Positions 1-11,900 of a stretch of DNA of 64,000 bases are shown here, piece by piece (the first letter of the stretch is position 1; the number at the start of each line of letters is the position of its first letter). The position numbers were made by a program, and so were the translations under genes. Below the pieces are notes generated by a model. The model had not been told where the DNA came from. It saw only the letters and a program-made list of their open reading frames with translations, and did no database searches. Source of the stretch: Vicugna vicugna (lineage: Eukaryota); contig MU057887.1 of the NCBI GenBank assembly GCA_013265495.1, forward strand, positions 817,985 through 881,984. Reading direction: 5' to 3'.

Positions 1-1968
1 AGCACAATTTTTCAGTCATACATGGGCATATGCACACTCATCGTCACGTTTTTTTCTCTGTGAGCTACCGTAACGTTTTGTGTGTATTTCCCTGTGCTAT
101 GCGGTATCTTGTTTATCTATTCTACAATTTTGAAATCCCAGTCTATCCCTTCCCACCCTCCGCCCCCCTGGCAAACACAAGTCTGTATTCTATGTCTATG
201 AGTCTATTTCTGTCCTGTATTTACGCTTTGTTTTTTTGTTTGTTTGTTTTTGTTTTTGTTTTTTAGATTCCACATATGAGCAATCTCATATGGTATTTTT
301 CTTTCTCTTTCTGGCTTACTTCACTTAGAATGACATTCTCTAGAAGCATCCATGTTGCTGCAAATGGCGTTATGTTGTCAGTTTTTATGGCTGAATAGTG
401 TTCCACTGTATAAATATACTACATCTTCTTTATCCATTTACCTGTTGATGGACATTTAGGCTGTTTCCATGTTTTGGCTATTGTAAATAATATTGCTGTG
501 AACATTGGGGTGCAGGTGTCATCCTGAAGTAGGGTTCCTTCGGGATATAAGCCCAAGAGTGGGATTCCTGGGTCACATGGTAAGTCTATTCCTAGTCTTC
601 TGAGGAATCTCCACACTGTTTTCCACAGTGGCTGCACCAAACTGCATTCCCACCAGCAGTGTAGGAGGATTCCCCTTTCTCCACAGCCTCTCCAGCATTT
701 GTCATTTGTGGATTTTTGAATGACGGCCATTCTGACTGGCGTGAGGTGATACCTCATTGTAGTTTTGATTTGCATTTCTCTGATANNNNNNNNNNNNNNN
801 NNNNNNNNNNNNNNNNNNNNNNNNNNNNNNNNNNNNNNNNNNNNNNNNNNNNNNNNNNNNNNNNNNNNNNNNNNNNNNNNNNNNNNNNNNNNNNNNNNNN
901 NNNNNNNNNNNNNNNNNNNNNNNNNNNNNNNNNNNNNNNNNNNNNNNNNNNNNNNNNNNNNNNNNNNNNNNNNNNNNNNNNNNNNNNNNNNNNNNNNNNN
1001 NNNNNNNNNNNNNNNNNNNNNNNNNNNNNNNNNNNNNNNNNNNNNNNNNNNNNNNNNNNNNNNNNNNNNNNNNNNNNNNNNNNNNNNNNNNNNNNNNNNN
1101 NNNNNNNNNNNNNNNNNNNNNNNNNNNNNNNNNNNNNNNNNNNNNNNNNNNNNNNNNNNNNNNNNNNNNNNNNNNNNNNNNNNNNNNNNNNNNNNNNNNN
1201 NNNNNNNNNNNNNNNNNNNNNNNNNNNNNNNNNNNNNNNNNNNNNNNNNNNNNNNNNNNNNNNNNNNNNNNNNNNNNNNNNNNNNNNNNNNNNNNNNNNN
1301 NNNNNNNNNNNNNNNNNNNNNNNNNNNNNNNNNNNNNNNNNNNNNNNNNNNNNNNNNNNNNNNNNNNNNNNNNNNNNNNNNNNNNNNNNNNNNNNNNNNN
1401 NNNNNNNNNNNNNNNNNNNNNNNNNNNNNNNNNNNNNNNNNNNNNNNNNNNNNNNNNNNNNNNNNNNNNNNNNNNNNNNNNNNNNNNNNNNNNNNNNNNN
1501 NNNNNNNNNNNNNNNNNNNNNNNNNNNNNNNNNNNNNNNNNNNNNNNNNNNNNNNNNNNNNNNNNNNNNNNNNNNNNNNNNNNNNNNNNNNNNNNNNNNN
1601 NNNNNNNNNNNNNNNNNNNNNNNNNNNNNNNNNNNNNNNNNNNNNTTTTATTACTTTGGGTGCTGTTTTAAAGGGGATTGTTTCTTTACTTTCTTTTTCT
1701 GTTGATTCATCATTAGTGTAAAGAAATGCAACTGATTTTTGAATGTTAATTTGGTAACCTGCTACCTTGCTGAGTTCTTCAATCAGCTCTAGTAGTTTTT
1801 GTGTGGACCTTTTAGGGTTTTCTATGTATAGTAACATGTCATCAGCATTTAGTGACACTTTTACCACTTCTTTTCCAATTTGGATCCCTTTTATTTCTCT
1901 CTCTTGCCTGATTGCTGTGGCTAGGACTTCTAGGACTATGTTGAATAGGAGTGGTGATAGTGGGCATC
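1..1968 (-). mobile_element. 5'-truncated, relatively young LINE-1 (ORF2 RT to C-terminal region plus 3' UTR), spanning an assembly gap; its poly(A) end lies just left of the window
   Basis: The minus-strand translation gives L1 ORF2p motifs: [17 protein letters not shown]...[11 protein letters not shown] (RT, F/YADD altered to NADD) and [20 protein letters not shown]...[18 protein letters not shown] (Cys-rich domain). There is a premature stop at WIKKM* (canonical WIKKMW). Similarity ends within the GCPLSP-coding segment at about 1968. Confidence 0.95.
786..1645. other. Assembly gap (860 N) inside the L1
   Basis: Run of N directly visible; both flanks are collinear L1 ORF2. Confidence 1.
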
Positions 1969-2639
1969 ATTAAATTCTTAATATGCTTTTGGATCCCTTT
2001 CTGGCTTTGTGACTTTTTGCAGAGGAAACCAGTAAGATATTAACAACTGCTAAAGAATTCAAAGAGCCACATGTTTATATGCGATAAAGGAATGCTGAAA
2101 TGAACTTACAGAGAGGTGCAAAAACTGGTCTATGCACAAGGCAATAGTTAATTGCATGCCAGACAGACAGAAGTAACCCGCATTTCTGCAGACAAGAATC
2201 ATTTGTATTGGTATCTGTTTTCCACAGCTTATGAGCATTAAATGATAAGGTTGACCCAGACCAGTGATCCAGACAGTAGGCTCGTCTTTGTTTTCCTTTT
2301 ACCGACTTCAGAATCTTGTCCCTTTAATTTGCCTGCATCTTTTCCCCCTGGTGCCTGACTTAGTGAATATACTTTTACAGTACTTACAAATAGTGGAAGG
2401 GCATCTCACTTATTCCTCTTTATTTTTTAAGAGAATATTTTTTTCCTGCCTGTTATTTCATTATTAGTTTCCAGATGCTGATTAGAAACACTTTATTAGT
2501 AAAAGCATTCTAGTGATGAAAATTGGAGACGTGTTAGGTGGGGATAGATTAATTTTCTTTTGGGTTTATTTCAGGTAATATCATAGAATTTAGGAGCCGG
2601 AAGGAAACTTCTCTATCACTGCTTCCAACCTCTAACTTC

Positions 2640-3900
2640 CTTTTTTCTTCTTATCATGAAAAATTACAAGCATAGACTAAGAGAAAAAAGTGTCCCAAAA
2701 CCCCGTCACCCAGCTCCGGCACTTGTCAATCACCAGTCTAGTTTCATCCGCAGTCCCACCTGATTCAAACACAGCTCCCATATATTTTATCCGTTAATGT
2801 TTTATATGTGTCTCTAAAAGATAAGGAGTCTTCATATGTAAGTAAAATACAGTTAGCCCATCAGAAAAATGAACAGTAGAATTTAACATTAAATAAGCAG
2901 TATCCAAATACTCCGCATTATCTGAGAGCTGCTTTCAGGTTTGTTTCTTTGAGTGAGGATACAAGTGAGGGCACTACAGGAGGTTGCTGTGTCTCAGGTC
3001 TCCTTTGAGATACAGGTTCCCTGTTACTCCTCCTCCTCGTTTTTTCCTTCCTCCATTGCTCACTGTTTGCCGAACTGCAGTGTTTCTTCCCTGCGGTTGG
3101 ATTTGTGGTGAGTGTATCTCAGTGGTGGGGCTTAATGTACCCTTCTCTTCCTCGTGTTTTCTGCAGGCGATAATTCCTTCCAGAGGCTTGTTCAGATTCA
3201 AGTCCATTTTATTATTTTTTTCTTTCCAGTGTATTTTATCGTTGGTGATAAATACTTCCATCAAGAGGTGTATAATGTCGGGTTGTCTTTCTTTTGCGGT
3301 GTTCCCAGTTGTCCATGCTTATTACCCAGATCCGTTCATTCTTTGGGGTTGTGAAATGGTGGTGCTCAGACTCGGTCGATGATTTTTCGTTTTTTTAGCT
3401 GGAATATTTTATAAAGAGAAGCTTCTCCTAATCAGCTATTAGGTTATACAAGGTACATTTTGATTATGAAAAGCAGAATGAATGCTTGATTTTTTTTCCC
3501 ACTTTGATTACCAATCTTCAGTTTATTGAGCTGATTTTGTGGCATCATCCAAAGATGATGAGTGAGTTGTTTCAGTTGAACTTAATCATTATGAGGTCAT
3601 GGCTTAAAAGCCACTTGACTTGTTTTCAGCCATTTTAGCTATAATTCTTCCTAATGTTCTAATGAGCCATTGCTGGCTAGTGAGCGTCTCTGCAGGTTGC
3701 TGACATGTCGTCCTGACATGCTGTGAGTGGTCTCTGACAGCCATCTTGCTAGTTGGTATGACAGGATGTCCAGGCCAGTCTTGTATGTGCCCTGCCCCAG
3801 ACCTGCAGCCAATCACTCAGCCGTTTCTTGATGGAGAAGTGGTATCTGAAGATGACGGTCTGGGCCACTGCTCAACTAACAGAAGAGCGTGCTGACTTTG
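2640..3900 (-). mobile_element. Old L1M (L1MD/ME-like) 3'-region remnant
   Basis: Degenerate resemblance to antisense old-L1 3' UTR (e.g. ccgtcacccagctcc...tctagtttcatc; ccctgccccagacctgcagccaatcac). Boundaries approximate. Confidence 0.5.
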
Positions 3901-4165
3901 CTCGAGCCTTTTCAGCATGGTGCTAATTTCAGACTTTCTAGTCTAGATATTTCCCCCGACTTTTTAACTAGCAAGTGAAAGCTGTTAAGCAAAATTAAAG
4001 TTACAAGGTGTTAAAAATGTGTGTTTCTTGCTGTTTGAGATTTCAGAGTGTATATTAAAAAATTACCTTTAAATTTCCTAATTGGAGAATAATGAATACA
4101 CTCTTAGAATTTTAAAAAGGAAGTAATTTTTCTTTTAAGGAGTGTTATCTTTATGACCTAAATTT

Positions 4166-4311
4166 GGGGGGGAGGGGATAGTTCAAGTGGTAGAGTGCAT
4201 GCTTAGCATGCACAAAATCCTGGGTTCAATCCCCAGTACCTCCTCTATAAATAAATAAATAGACCTAATTACCTCCCTCCACCAAAAAAATACAATATTT
4301 GAAAAAAGAAC
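4166..4311 (+). mobile_element. tRNA-Ala(AGC)-derived SINE, Vic-1-like (camelid), with a 15-bp target-site duplication
   Basis: GGGGAGGGGATAGTTCAAGTGGTAGAGTGCATGCTTAGCATGCAC...GGGTTCAATCCCCAGTACCTCC resembles tRNA-Ala. A-box 4179-4190, B-box 4223-4233, A-rich tail. Perfect direct repeat TTATGACCTAAATTT at 4151-4165 and 4312-4326. Confidence 0.9.
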
Positions 4312-5016
4312 TTATGACCTAAATTTATATTATTTACCTCATTTTGTCAAATAATGTGTACTTTAAAAATGACATTTAAAAATCTGTGCAAAAATTGCAT
4401 TTACAGATTTTATTTAGACTGCCTCATGCCATGCAGTTGGTAGTTTCTTAATCATGTAATCTATTTGATAACAAATTATTTAGTAATTATGTGAACTAAC
4501 ATTTTCAAATAATGTTATCTTTTCCAGCCTACCGAGATATTGCATATAGGTTTATATTTACCCAGGAATAATGCAAGTTCTTGCAGCCTGAGTGCTTTCA
4601 ACCACAGCGTTTTACAGAATTCCTGTGGACAAGAAATTAATGTATTTCATGGGGTATTTGTATCTTTAAAGTAGAACTTGCTTGCTGGAAACGCTTTAAA
4701 AAGAAAGTATTTGCATAAATGTTATGTACATAGCTAGTAATTTTGAACATTTATTCCACTATTGGAAGGTATTTTTGCTTGAATAAGAACTTTTCTGACT
4801 CTCTGCTCCAAGGACACATAATCTCGCATCCTTCTCGGCAGATGTTTGCTGTACGTGTTTAATACTTCTGTGTTGTTCTTGCTGGTTCTGTTTCTCTTTC
4901 AAGGTGTGTTAAAAGCACTTTCTCTGTAATATTTTTTCTAATGTTTCATTCTCCTAGAGTTATTTATAACAGATCATTTAATTTGCCTTAAACGCCATGT
5001 TTTCTTTGACTTTTAG

Positions 5017-5125
5017 GAGGCACTGGCTACAATTAGGCTTCTTGATGTCCTGTGTGAAATGACTGCTAACACGGACCTGCTCGGCTATCTGCAGGTTTTT
5101 CCTGGCCTGCTGGAAAGAGTGGTTG
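5017..5125 (+). CDS. ATXN10: Ataxin-10 internal coding exon (equivalent to human exon 8), 109 nt: EALATIRLLDVLCEMTANTDLLGYLQVFPGLLERVV+1 nt
   Basis: Acceptor ttttctttgacttttAG and donor G|GTGAGT. The translation is recognisable as ataxin-10. It ends in phase 1, compatible with the next exon (G+AT = Asp). Not in the ORF track. Confidence 0.95.
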
Positions 5126-5879
5126 GTGAGTAGAAATACCACACATATTACTGTTTTTAATTTTAAAAAAATCTTTGATTTGTACTGTAGTGTAAGTTCA
5201 AACGCAGCCCCTTAATTTTCAGTGTATTGGTGTACTTTTTAGTTTTTGGGGGATATTTTTCTTGGAAGGAACAGCAATGTTCTGGTGACAGCTCAGGCCG
5301 TTGCCACGCACCTGCTGCTGAACTTGTGCTGCCTGCTCAGTAGGTGAGGATGCTCTCCACGGGGTGCACGCAGTGGGTGCTTTGTGAGCCGAGGCTGTGA
5401 TGGGGATGGTGGGGGGTTGTGGGGGTGTTGGGGCGGTTAATTTCCATAGTTTTACCAAATTTGTTAGTAAATTTTTCCCAGTTATACTATGGAACATGAA
5501 GCATAGTGCCTCATATACATAGTAATTATGTATTCAGTCCTTACAAAAAAACTGTTTTAAACAAGAATCCGTTGTTTGAAGTATTACCATCTTTGCTAAA
5601 AAACTGTTTGCAAAATAATTCACGTACAACCTGTTCCTTGTGGTTAGCCAGGCGTATGGTTGCTGTTCACTGTTTGCTATTTTTTTCTTTAAAAAAAGAC
5701 TGTTCTTATTCCGGAGACCCATATGCTAATAAGAAAGATGAATTTGTGTCTAGATGGGTAGATGAGTTAGCAGTGAGCTGTAGAAGGTGTTTAGAATCTC
5801 TTGTCAGTGTCTGTTTTTGAATGCGGTGCCTTTAGCGATAGTTAAAGTCAGACATCACAAACCCAAGCAGCGGAACGTC

Positions 5880-6040
5880 GTGGAAGAAGCAGGTGTTTGG
5901 GGCAAACGTGCGTTGTCAGCTCAACTCTGCCAAATGACTGACTTCTCTGAGCCTGATTTCTTCGTTATAAAATTGAGAAAGTGACCTGCCTTTAATAACT
6001 TTGTGGAGAGGATTAAATGAGATAACGTAGGAGCACTTAT
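5880..6040 (+). mobile_element. MIR SINE remnant
   Basis: acttctctgagcctgatttcttcgttataaaattgag...gagaggattaaatgagataacgta matches the MIR core and 3' part. Confidence 0.7.
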
Positions 6041-6596
6041 AAAGCTTCGGGAAGATCATCTACTTTCATAGGCTGCCTCGAAGCATTTCGTAGAGTATAA
6101 CAGAATCGAATTCATTCCTTCTGAGTGTAGCCAAAAATAGACGAACGGAGAGCACAGGCTGCCTTCAGATGATCTGGACCCTGAGGGAAACATCAGCGTG
6201 CCGCTTGGTTTCTGTCACAGGCTGGTTGCCCGACAAGTGCCGCGTTTCAGACTTAGCTGACTGTAGTCGTCGCACGTGTTCCTTCAGAAAGAAGTTGGAA
6301 TTGGAAACTTTTTTCTAAGAAAGATGGTGGAAATTTTTTAGCTAACTTTTCTTTGTGGATAAATAGCAAATCAGAGTTGGGGTAATCTTGATGGCTTGTC
6401 TCCCCAAAACAGAGCCATGAAAAATTCTGAAGGAAAAAGCAGAGGAAGCGTCTTATCACTATTTGAAAGAACGCTTTCACGGCTCTACTTTTGCTTTATT
6501 TCAATCCATTAAAATAATTTAGATTTGTTCATGGAAAACTAGGCTAAAACACTGAAGTTTTTCTACGGAAAATGAAGTTTATTCTTGCTGTTGTAG

Positions 6597-6766
6597 ATCT
6601 TTTACGGCTGATCCATGTAGCTGGCAGTGACACCACGAACATCTTCAGCACCTGTGCTTGCATAAAGGCAGAAGGTGACATCTCAAATATGGCCGAGGGG
6701 TTCAAGTCTCATCTCATTCGGCTGATTGGAAATCTGTGCTACAAGAATAAAGACAATCAAGACAAG
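6597..6766 (+). CDS. ATXN10: Ataxin-10 internal coding exon (equivalent to human exon 9), 170 nt: (D)LLRLIHVAGSDTTNIFSTCACIKAEGDISNMAEGFKSHLIRLIGNLCYKNKDNQDK
   Basis: Acceptor ttgtAG at 6595-6596 and donor AAG|GTAGGA. Contains GFKSHLIRLIGNLCYKNKDNQDK, the start of the conserved ataxin-10 C-terminal domain. Lies within ORF 6572-6856. Confidence 0.97.
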
Positions 6767-7465
6767 GTAGGATGGCTCCTCAGTATGCATCATCCATATA
6801 TGGCTTTATTTAGAATATCAAATACAGGGTTTAGAATTACTCCCTTTGGGGAATGAAAGCTTGAGGTGCTGAGAAAGTAGCTTGAGGCTTGTGTATCTGT
6901 TACCACAGAGGGACGTAGTATGTCGTGCTGGTTTGTCTTAGGGTTTGTAGTTTGTGATTTTGCATTGTACTTGTCTTCAGTGTGTTTGAGCCAGTCTCCT
7001 TTCTTTTAAATAGTCAGTATTTGTCCTAAGCCTGTGCATTTAAACATTACTATTTATTGATGGAGAACAATGAATGGAAAACAAAGCCTAGAAATTTTCA
7101 GGCACGTGGTCGACATTTAATAAACAGTAGTTTTTATTGACCATTATCTTAAGAAAAAACAAAGTCTTTAACTTGCATCTGTGCCCTACATTTATGGATG
7201 ATAGCACCACAAGCATTTCTTCCAGACGTTTTGAAATGGACGTAATATTTAAGTATTAAGTCTTTGAAAACCCAGTAGACTGCCATTGGAAACCTCTTTT
7301 GTACTGAGTAACTTAGGGGTAATTATACTGATACTGTGAGAGGGTGGTAAAAAAGACGGCCGCAGAACTGGACCACACGCTTCACACTGAACGAGCCTGC
7401 CTGTATCTTTCTAGAGTTTTACTTGGGGTGGCGTTTGTTTTGCTTCATCAAATACTGAATATACA

Positions 7466-8040
7466 TGTGGCGGTTGCTACTTTTCCAAAATGGCTGCAAA
7501 AATATCCCCTACTCTGCATGTCTTCCTGCAGTGTGACTTTGCCACTCCCCCATCAGGGGTTAGATTTATTTTTCCATCCTCTTGAATCTAAATGGCTAAA
7601 GCCCTGTGACTGCTTTGAATAATAAAACATGGCGGGAGTGATCCTATACCGTTTCTGGTATAGCCCGTGACTGGTCTGGCCGATTTCATACCTAGCCTCT
7701 TAGAAGCCAGTCCCCATGTAAGAAGTGCACATTCCCTGAGATCACCATGGAGCACCTGAGATCACCGAGTCCTTGTGGAGAGGCCCTGGAGGATGAGACG
7801 CAGTGAAGTGAGAGAAAGGCGCTAGCTGGGGAGCACCAAGGCACCAGGCATGTGAGCAAGGAAAACTATCTTGGAACTTGGGCAGTTGCTCGGCTCCTTA
7901 GTTCCAAGCTTGGTTGCTTAGTTGCCCAGCTGATGCCACGTGAATCAGGGACACCCTGCCTGCCAAAGCTCTTTCTGAGTTCATGACCCAGTGCACTGTG
8001 AGAAAATGTAAAAAATTGGGAAAATAGTAAGTTGTGTCGA
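7466..8040. mobile_element. MaLR (MLT1-like) solo LTR
   Basis: Begins TGTGG. Contains caaaatggctgc...cagtgtgactttgccactcccccatcag...cctcttgaatct...ctgtgactgctttga...gtggagaggccctggag, typical of MLT1F/G/H LTRs. Confidence 0.75.
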
Positions 8041-8079
8041 TTTTGCTTCTGTTATTAGCCTCGTAAGCTACTATTGGAC

Positions 8080-8980
8080 TCATTCTCCTGCAAATAATGA
8101 TTATTAACTGGACAAAAGACAGCTATGTGAAGACACTCAAATTTGACACAAACTGGTAGATTTGAGAGTTGAAATAACACTTGGAAGAGGGGCACCGCAG
8201 GGAGTGTGTCATTCAGGGCAGTTTAAACTGATAGAGAATCTGTAGTTCTTTTACCTTGAAGGGTGAAAGGACAGTTTGGAGCAACCACAGCCATTGGAAA
8301 GTGAAGGGGAGAATCCCGGAAAGGAGAAAGCGAGCCCCAAATTTCGTGACCAGTTACCTAAATCGCTGCTGATACCTTCATCAGAGATGCACGGGGCAGG
8401 CTCCGAGCACCAAAACTAAGGATAAGATAATTGTACTGAGATTTGAGCTGCCGCCCTGGAGTTTACAGTAAAAATCCAACAAAGATAATTACCTGCTAAA
8501 ACCAAAATATCAATATTCTTTAGAAGAATATAATACAGTCTAGAGTTTTCTACAGCATAGCATTCACAATGGCCAAGGTACAGTCCAAACTTACTTGAAA
8601 CACAGGAAAATATGATCCATTATGAAGACAAAAAATACCATGGAGACTCACTGTGTGATGACACAGATGTTGGGTTTAGCAGACAAGGATTTTAAAGCAA
8701 TTGTAATTATGCTCAAAGATATAAAGGAAAATATGCTTTGGATGAATGAAAAGACAGCATATCTCAGCAGAGAAATAGTAACTGTAAAAAAAGAACCAAA
8801 TGGAAGTTCTCAAGCTGAAAAATACAGTACCCAAATAAAATGTAAAATTTTTACTGAGTGAGCTTGACACCTCAATAGGGATGACAGAGTGAAGAGTCGG
8901 TGCTTGGAGACAGATCAGTAGACGTCATCCAGTCTGAAGAACAGAGGAGAGATAATATTGAAAACAAAACGGCCAAATGA
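8080..8980 (+). mobile_element. Old L1M 5'/ORF1 remnant
   Basis: ORF 8622-8861 (TQMLGLADKDFKAIVIMLKDIKEN...LSREIVTVKKEPN) resembles the degenerate coiled-coil region of ancient L1 ORF1p; A-rich sense strand. Confidence 0.7.
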
Positions 8981-11900
8981 AGATGCTAAATTTTGATGAC
9001 TGGAATAATTCCTACAGGACACAACACAGAACTAAATGCCGGATAATTTGCTCTCTTATTATTCTTGTAAACCATTTTGATGACTCCTCATCTTCAAGCA
9101 GGTGTGGAGAGAAGACTGCTAATCTCCCCTCGGAAAATTACTGGGCTGAGTTTTGTAGGAAAAGGTTGGTAGACAATAAAACACCTTTACCTTTTTAATG
9201 CCCACGACTGCCTTTCTTGAGAAGCACAAAAGAGGTGGTTTTCTTGTGTTTAATTCTTTTGTTGCTAATTTGGGTTGGCCTCTTAAGGAACAAAATGTAG
9301 TAACCCTTGAAGGGCTTATGAAATAACTCCCCGAAGTCAGGATCAGGTTGCTCGGTAGGTAAACATGGAGTGTGCCCAGTGCCGCCGTGGAGAGGTCGCA
9401 GGGCTTGCGGGAAGTCAGTGCTGTGTTCCTTCACGTGTGTAGGTGCTAATGGCACTGCTGACTTCTGAGCACACACTCTTGAAGGTAGGAAGGAGTTCAT
9501 TCTTTGAGTATAAGAATGCCTCTGTTTCTCCTACTTTTTAACCTGTGCCAACAGAAAGCCTTAACCTGAAAGCATCACGCCTGGGATTTTTTTTTCCTCC
9601 TTTGGAAGAATCTTAACACACCATCAAAACCTTGCAGCCAAATCCCGATTTAATCCAGGTGTTGCAGACACTGGCCTTGCTCATCGTGGCCTCAGAGGGT
9701 GGCGTTCACTAGCACTTGGTGACCTTGATTAGTCTTGAAGAAGCGGGGAATGGGTGATCACGTAGCGGGTCTTTGTCACCATGCTCTTAATCTTCATGTA
9801 TTGCCTGGGTGGCTGTTGTCCCCTGTCCACATAAACTGGGGCCTAAGGGGATATTTGGCTCTTTCTCTGCTCTAAGGGTTAAAGATAGGAGCGAGGGGGA
9901 TTTTGGTTCATCAGACCTAAGTTTAGCTCATCCCTCACGCAGAAGAGAAAAGGACTGATAATTTGTTCAATGTCTGCCACGTCCCAGCACTGCGCTTGGT
10001 GAACTCCTGTGTTATCAGCTGTAGTCTTCGCACCAGCCCCGCAAAGCAGGTTCTGCTAACTACACCGAGAGAGGGGCCGTCCAGTTAGTGAGCTGCAGAG
10101 CTCTTGGGCTTGTACCATGGTCCTTCTCCTATGGGAGCTTTCCAGGGGTTTGGAGGAAGGGGTTTAAAGTGGACCTCCTGAGTGGCTTGAGGCTGAGGGT
10201 GCTGAAGGCTGGAACCTGGGTCTCCCTTGGGCCTGCTGCTGGCTCAGGTCTGGCGCGCTTTTGCTGCCCACATCTCTGTCTCCGATTTACCCATTCATCA
10301 AATGTGAGTGTTCTCAGCCTTGGGGATCCTTAGATGGACAAGACAGACAAGTGTCTCCTCCTATGAAGCTTCCGCTCTGGGAGCATCTGGGACCATCCTT
10401 GCCTGGCTGAACCAGGCCCAAAGTTATTGACACTTATTTTTGGAATCTTTGTGCACTGCCTGGTTGCCCTGGGGTTTGATCAGAAGCCATTTAAGCCCAG
10501 CTTCTCTGTGCTTGTCTGTGTAACTTCATCGCATCGAGCATGGTGCCCACCTGCTGGGTGGCACCCCCTGGAGTTGGGCAGGTGGCCCTTCCCCCGTTGC
10601 AGAGTTCTTTTTATCTGCATTAGTTCTTTGGAGTCATATGACACGTCTGTGGAAAAGGCTGAAAAGATAGTATTGTCATTTTCTAAATGAAGAAACCAAG
10701 GTTCAGAGAGATTTGATTCAGTGCGATTTAATTCAGCAAGACTGCCCGTGTGCATGCTCTGGAGAAGACAGTCCCCTTAGCAGGGCGCTCTGCAGGGGCG
10801 CGTGGCTCTAACAGAAGTCCGCGTGGGGAGGGCCAGGGAGGGGAGCAGGGGAGCCGTGCCTGGGCTGGGGGCAGCCCTCTCGGCCAGGACAGGAGCTGGG
10901 CTGCACATAGTGACAGGAAAGACGAGAGTCTTCCTGCCTGTCTGTGGGCTGTATTTAAGAGAGTCAGGTTGCCTGGGCTCAGATTGAAAAATCTGCTCAG
11001 AAGTGTGTTTTACCCAGTCTTCCATGAGTCTTGAACTCTTAAGTCTGTACACAGGATGGATTGTAGTATTTCCTGAATCATAAAGGAATTTGTAGACTTC
11101 CGTTTACCAAGTCACGGCAGGGAGATGTTCTCAAATACTTAGTGACTTCTGTTGCTGCCCTGTTTCGTGCTTGACTTACGTGGTATTTTCCTGCTGCATC
11201 TGTAGTGATCAGTTTACTTTTAAACCTTTGTGGACCTGAAATGGAGGTTTTATTTTGGTTTCTGTTGGTAAGAGGCACATGGGTATTAATGCTGTAAACA
11301 CGTAGAAAACAGTGTCCAGCTTCTTTGTTAGAATAGGAATGTGTGGTTTACTTTTTCCTTCCCCCTTCTTCTTTTCTTCATTATTGTCATAAATTCTTTA
11401 AGTGAAATGCTTTACTAAAGGAAAAGCAGAACTTTTTTTTTTTCATAAAGCTGAATGCATTTTTCAAAATGAATAAGCAGGTGACCTGTCTAGTTTTTCT
11501 GCCTTCTTTTCCCCCAAAGAAATCCCGTCAGCGAAGGCGGGCTGTCCACAGTTTCGGTGGCTGAATCCACTCGCCAGAGGCCCTGTGCAAACGCGGATTG
11601 GGCTGTTCTCTCCCCCTCCTGATGGCAAGGAGCCCCAGCGTTCCCACGTGCGATGCCGTGTGCTTACACGCGTGCACACAGAACATGGCTTTCATTGCAG
11701 GCATGGCTTCATTTTAAAAAAAGTCTCTTCCATATAGAAAAGTTCAACGTGGAAAGGCAATAACTATTTGGCCCGTCCAATTCAAAATGAGCTATTATGA
11801 AGGTAGATTTCATTTATATATACATATTAAAAAAAAAAACCTGTGTGAACCTGTTTCATTAAAATCTTTTGCCCGTTGTGTTAGTCCCAATGTCTAAATT

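Noticed and set aside
419..1867. 482-aa ORF (and the 329/318-aa + strand ORFs) as genes
   Set aside because: Their length comes from translating the N gap; the real sequence is disabled L1 ORF2.
4166..4243. Functional tRNA-Ala gene
   Set aside because: It has stem mismatches, a tRNA-unrelated A-rich tail and a flanking TSD, so it is a SINE.
6572..6856. Stand-alone 94-aa gene
   Set aside because: It is the ATXN10 exon 6597-6766 extended into flanking intron.
7735..7766. 12-bp direct repeat CCTGAGATCACC x2
   Set aside because: A small local duplication inside an MLT1 LTR; only two copies, not an array.
10470..10510. TTGATCAGAAGCC resembling my memory of human miR-4762, which I recall lying in this intron
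   Set aside because: Short match only, with no complementary arm forming a pre-miRNA hairpin, and the position does not seem to fit; likely chance.
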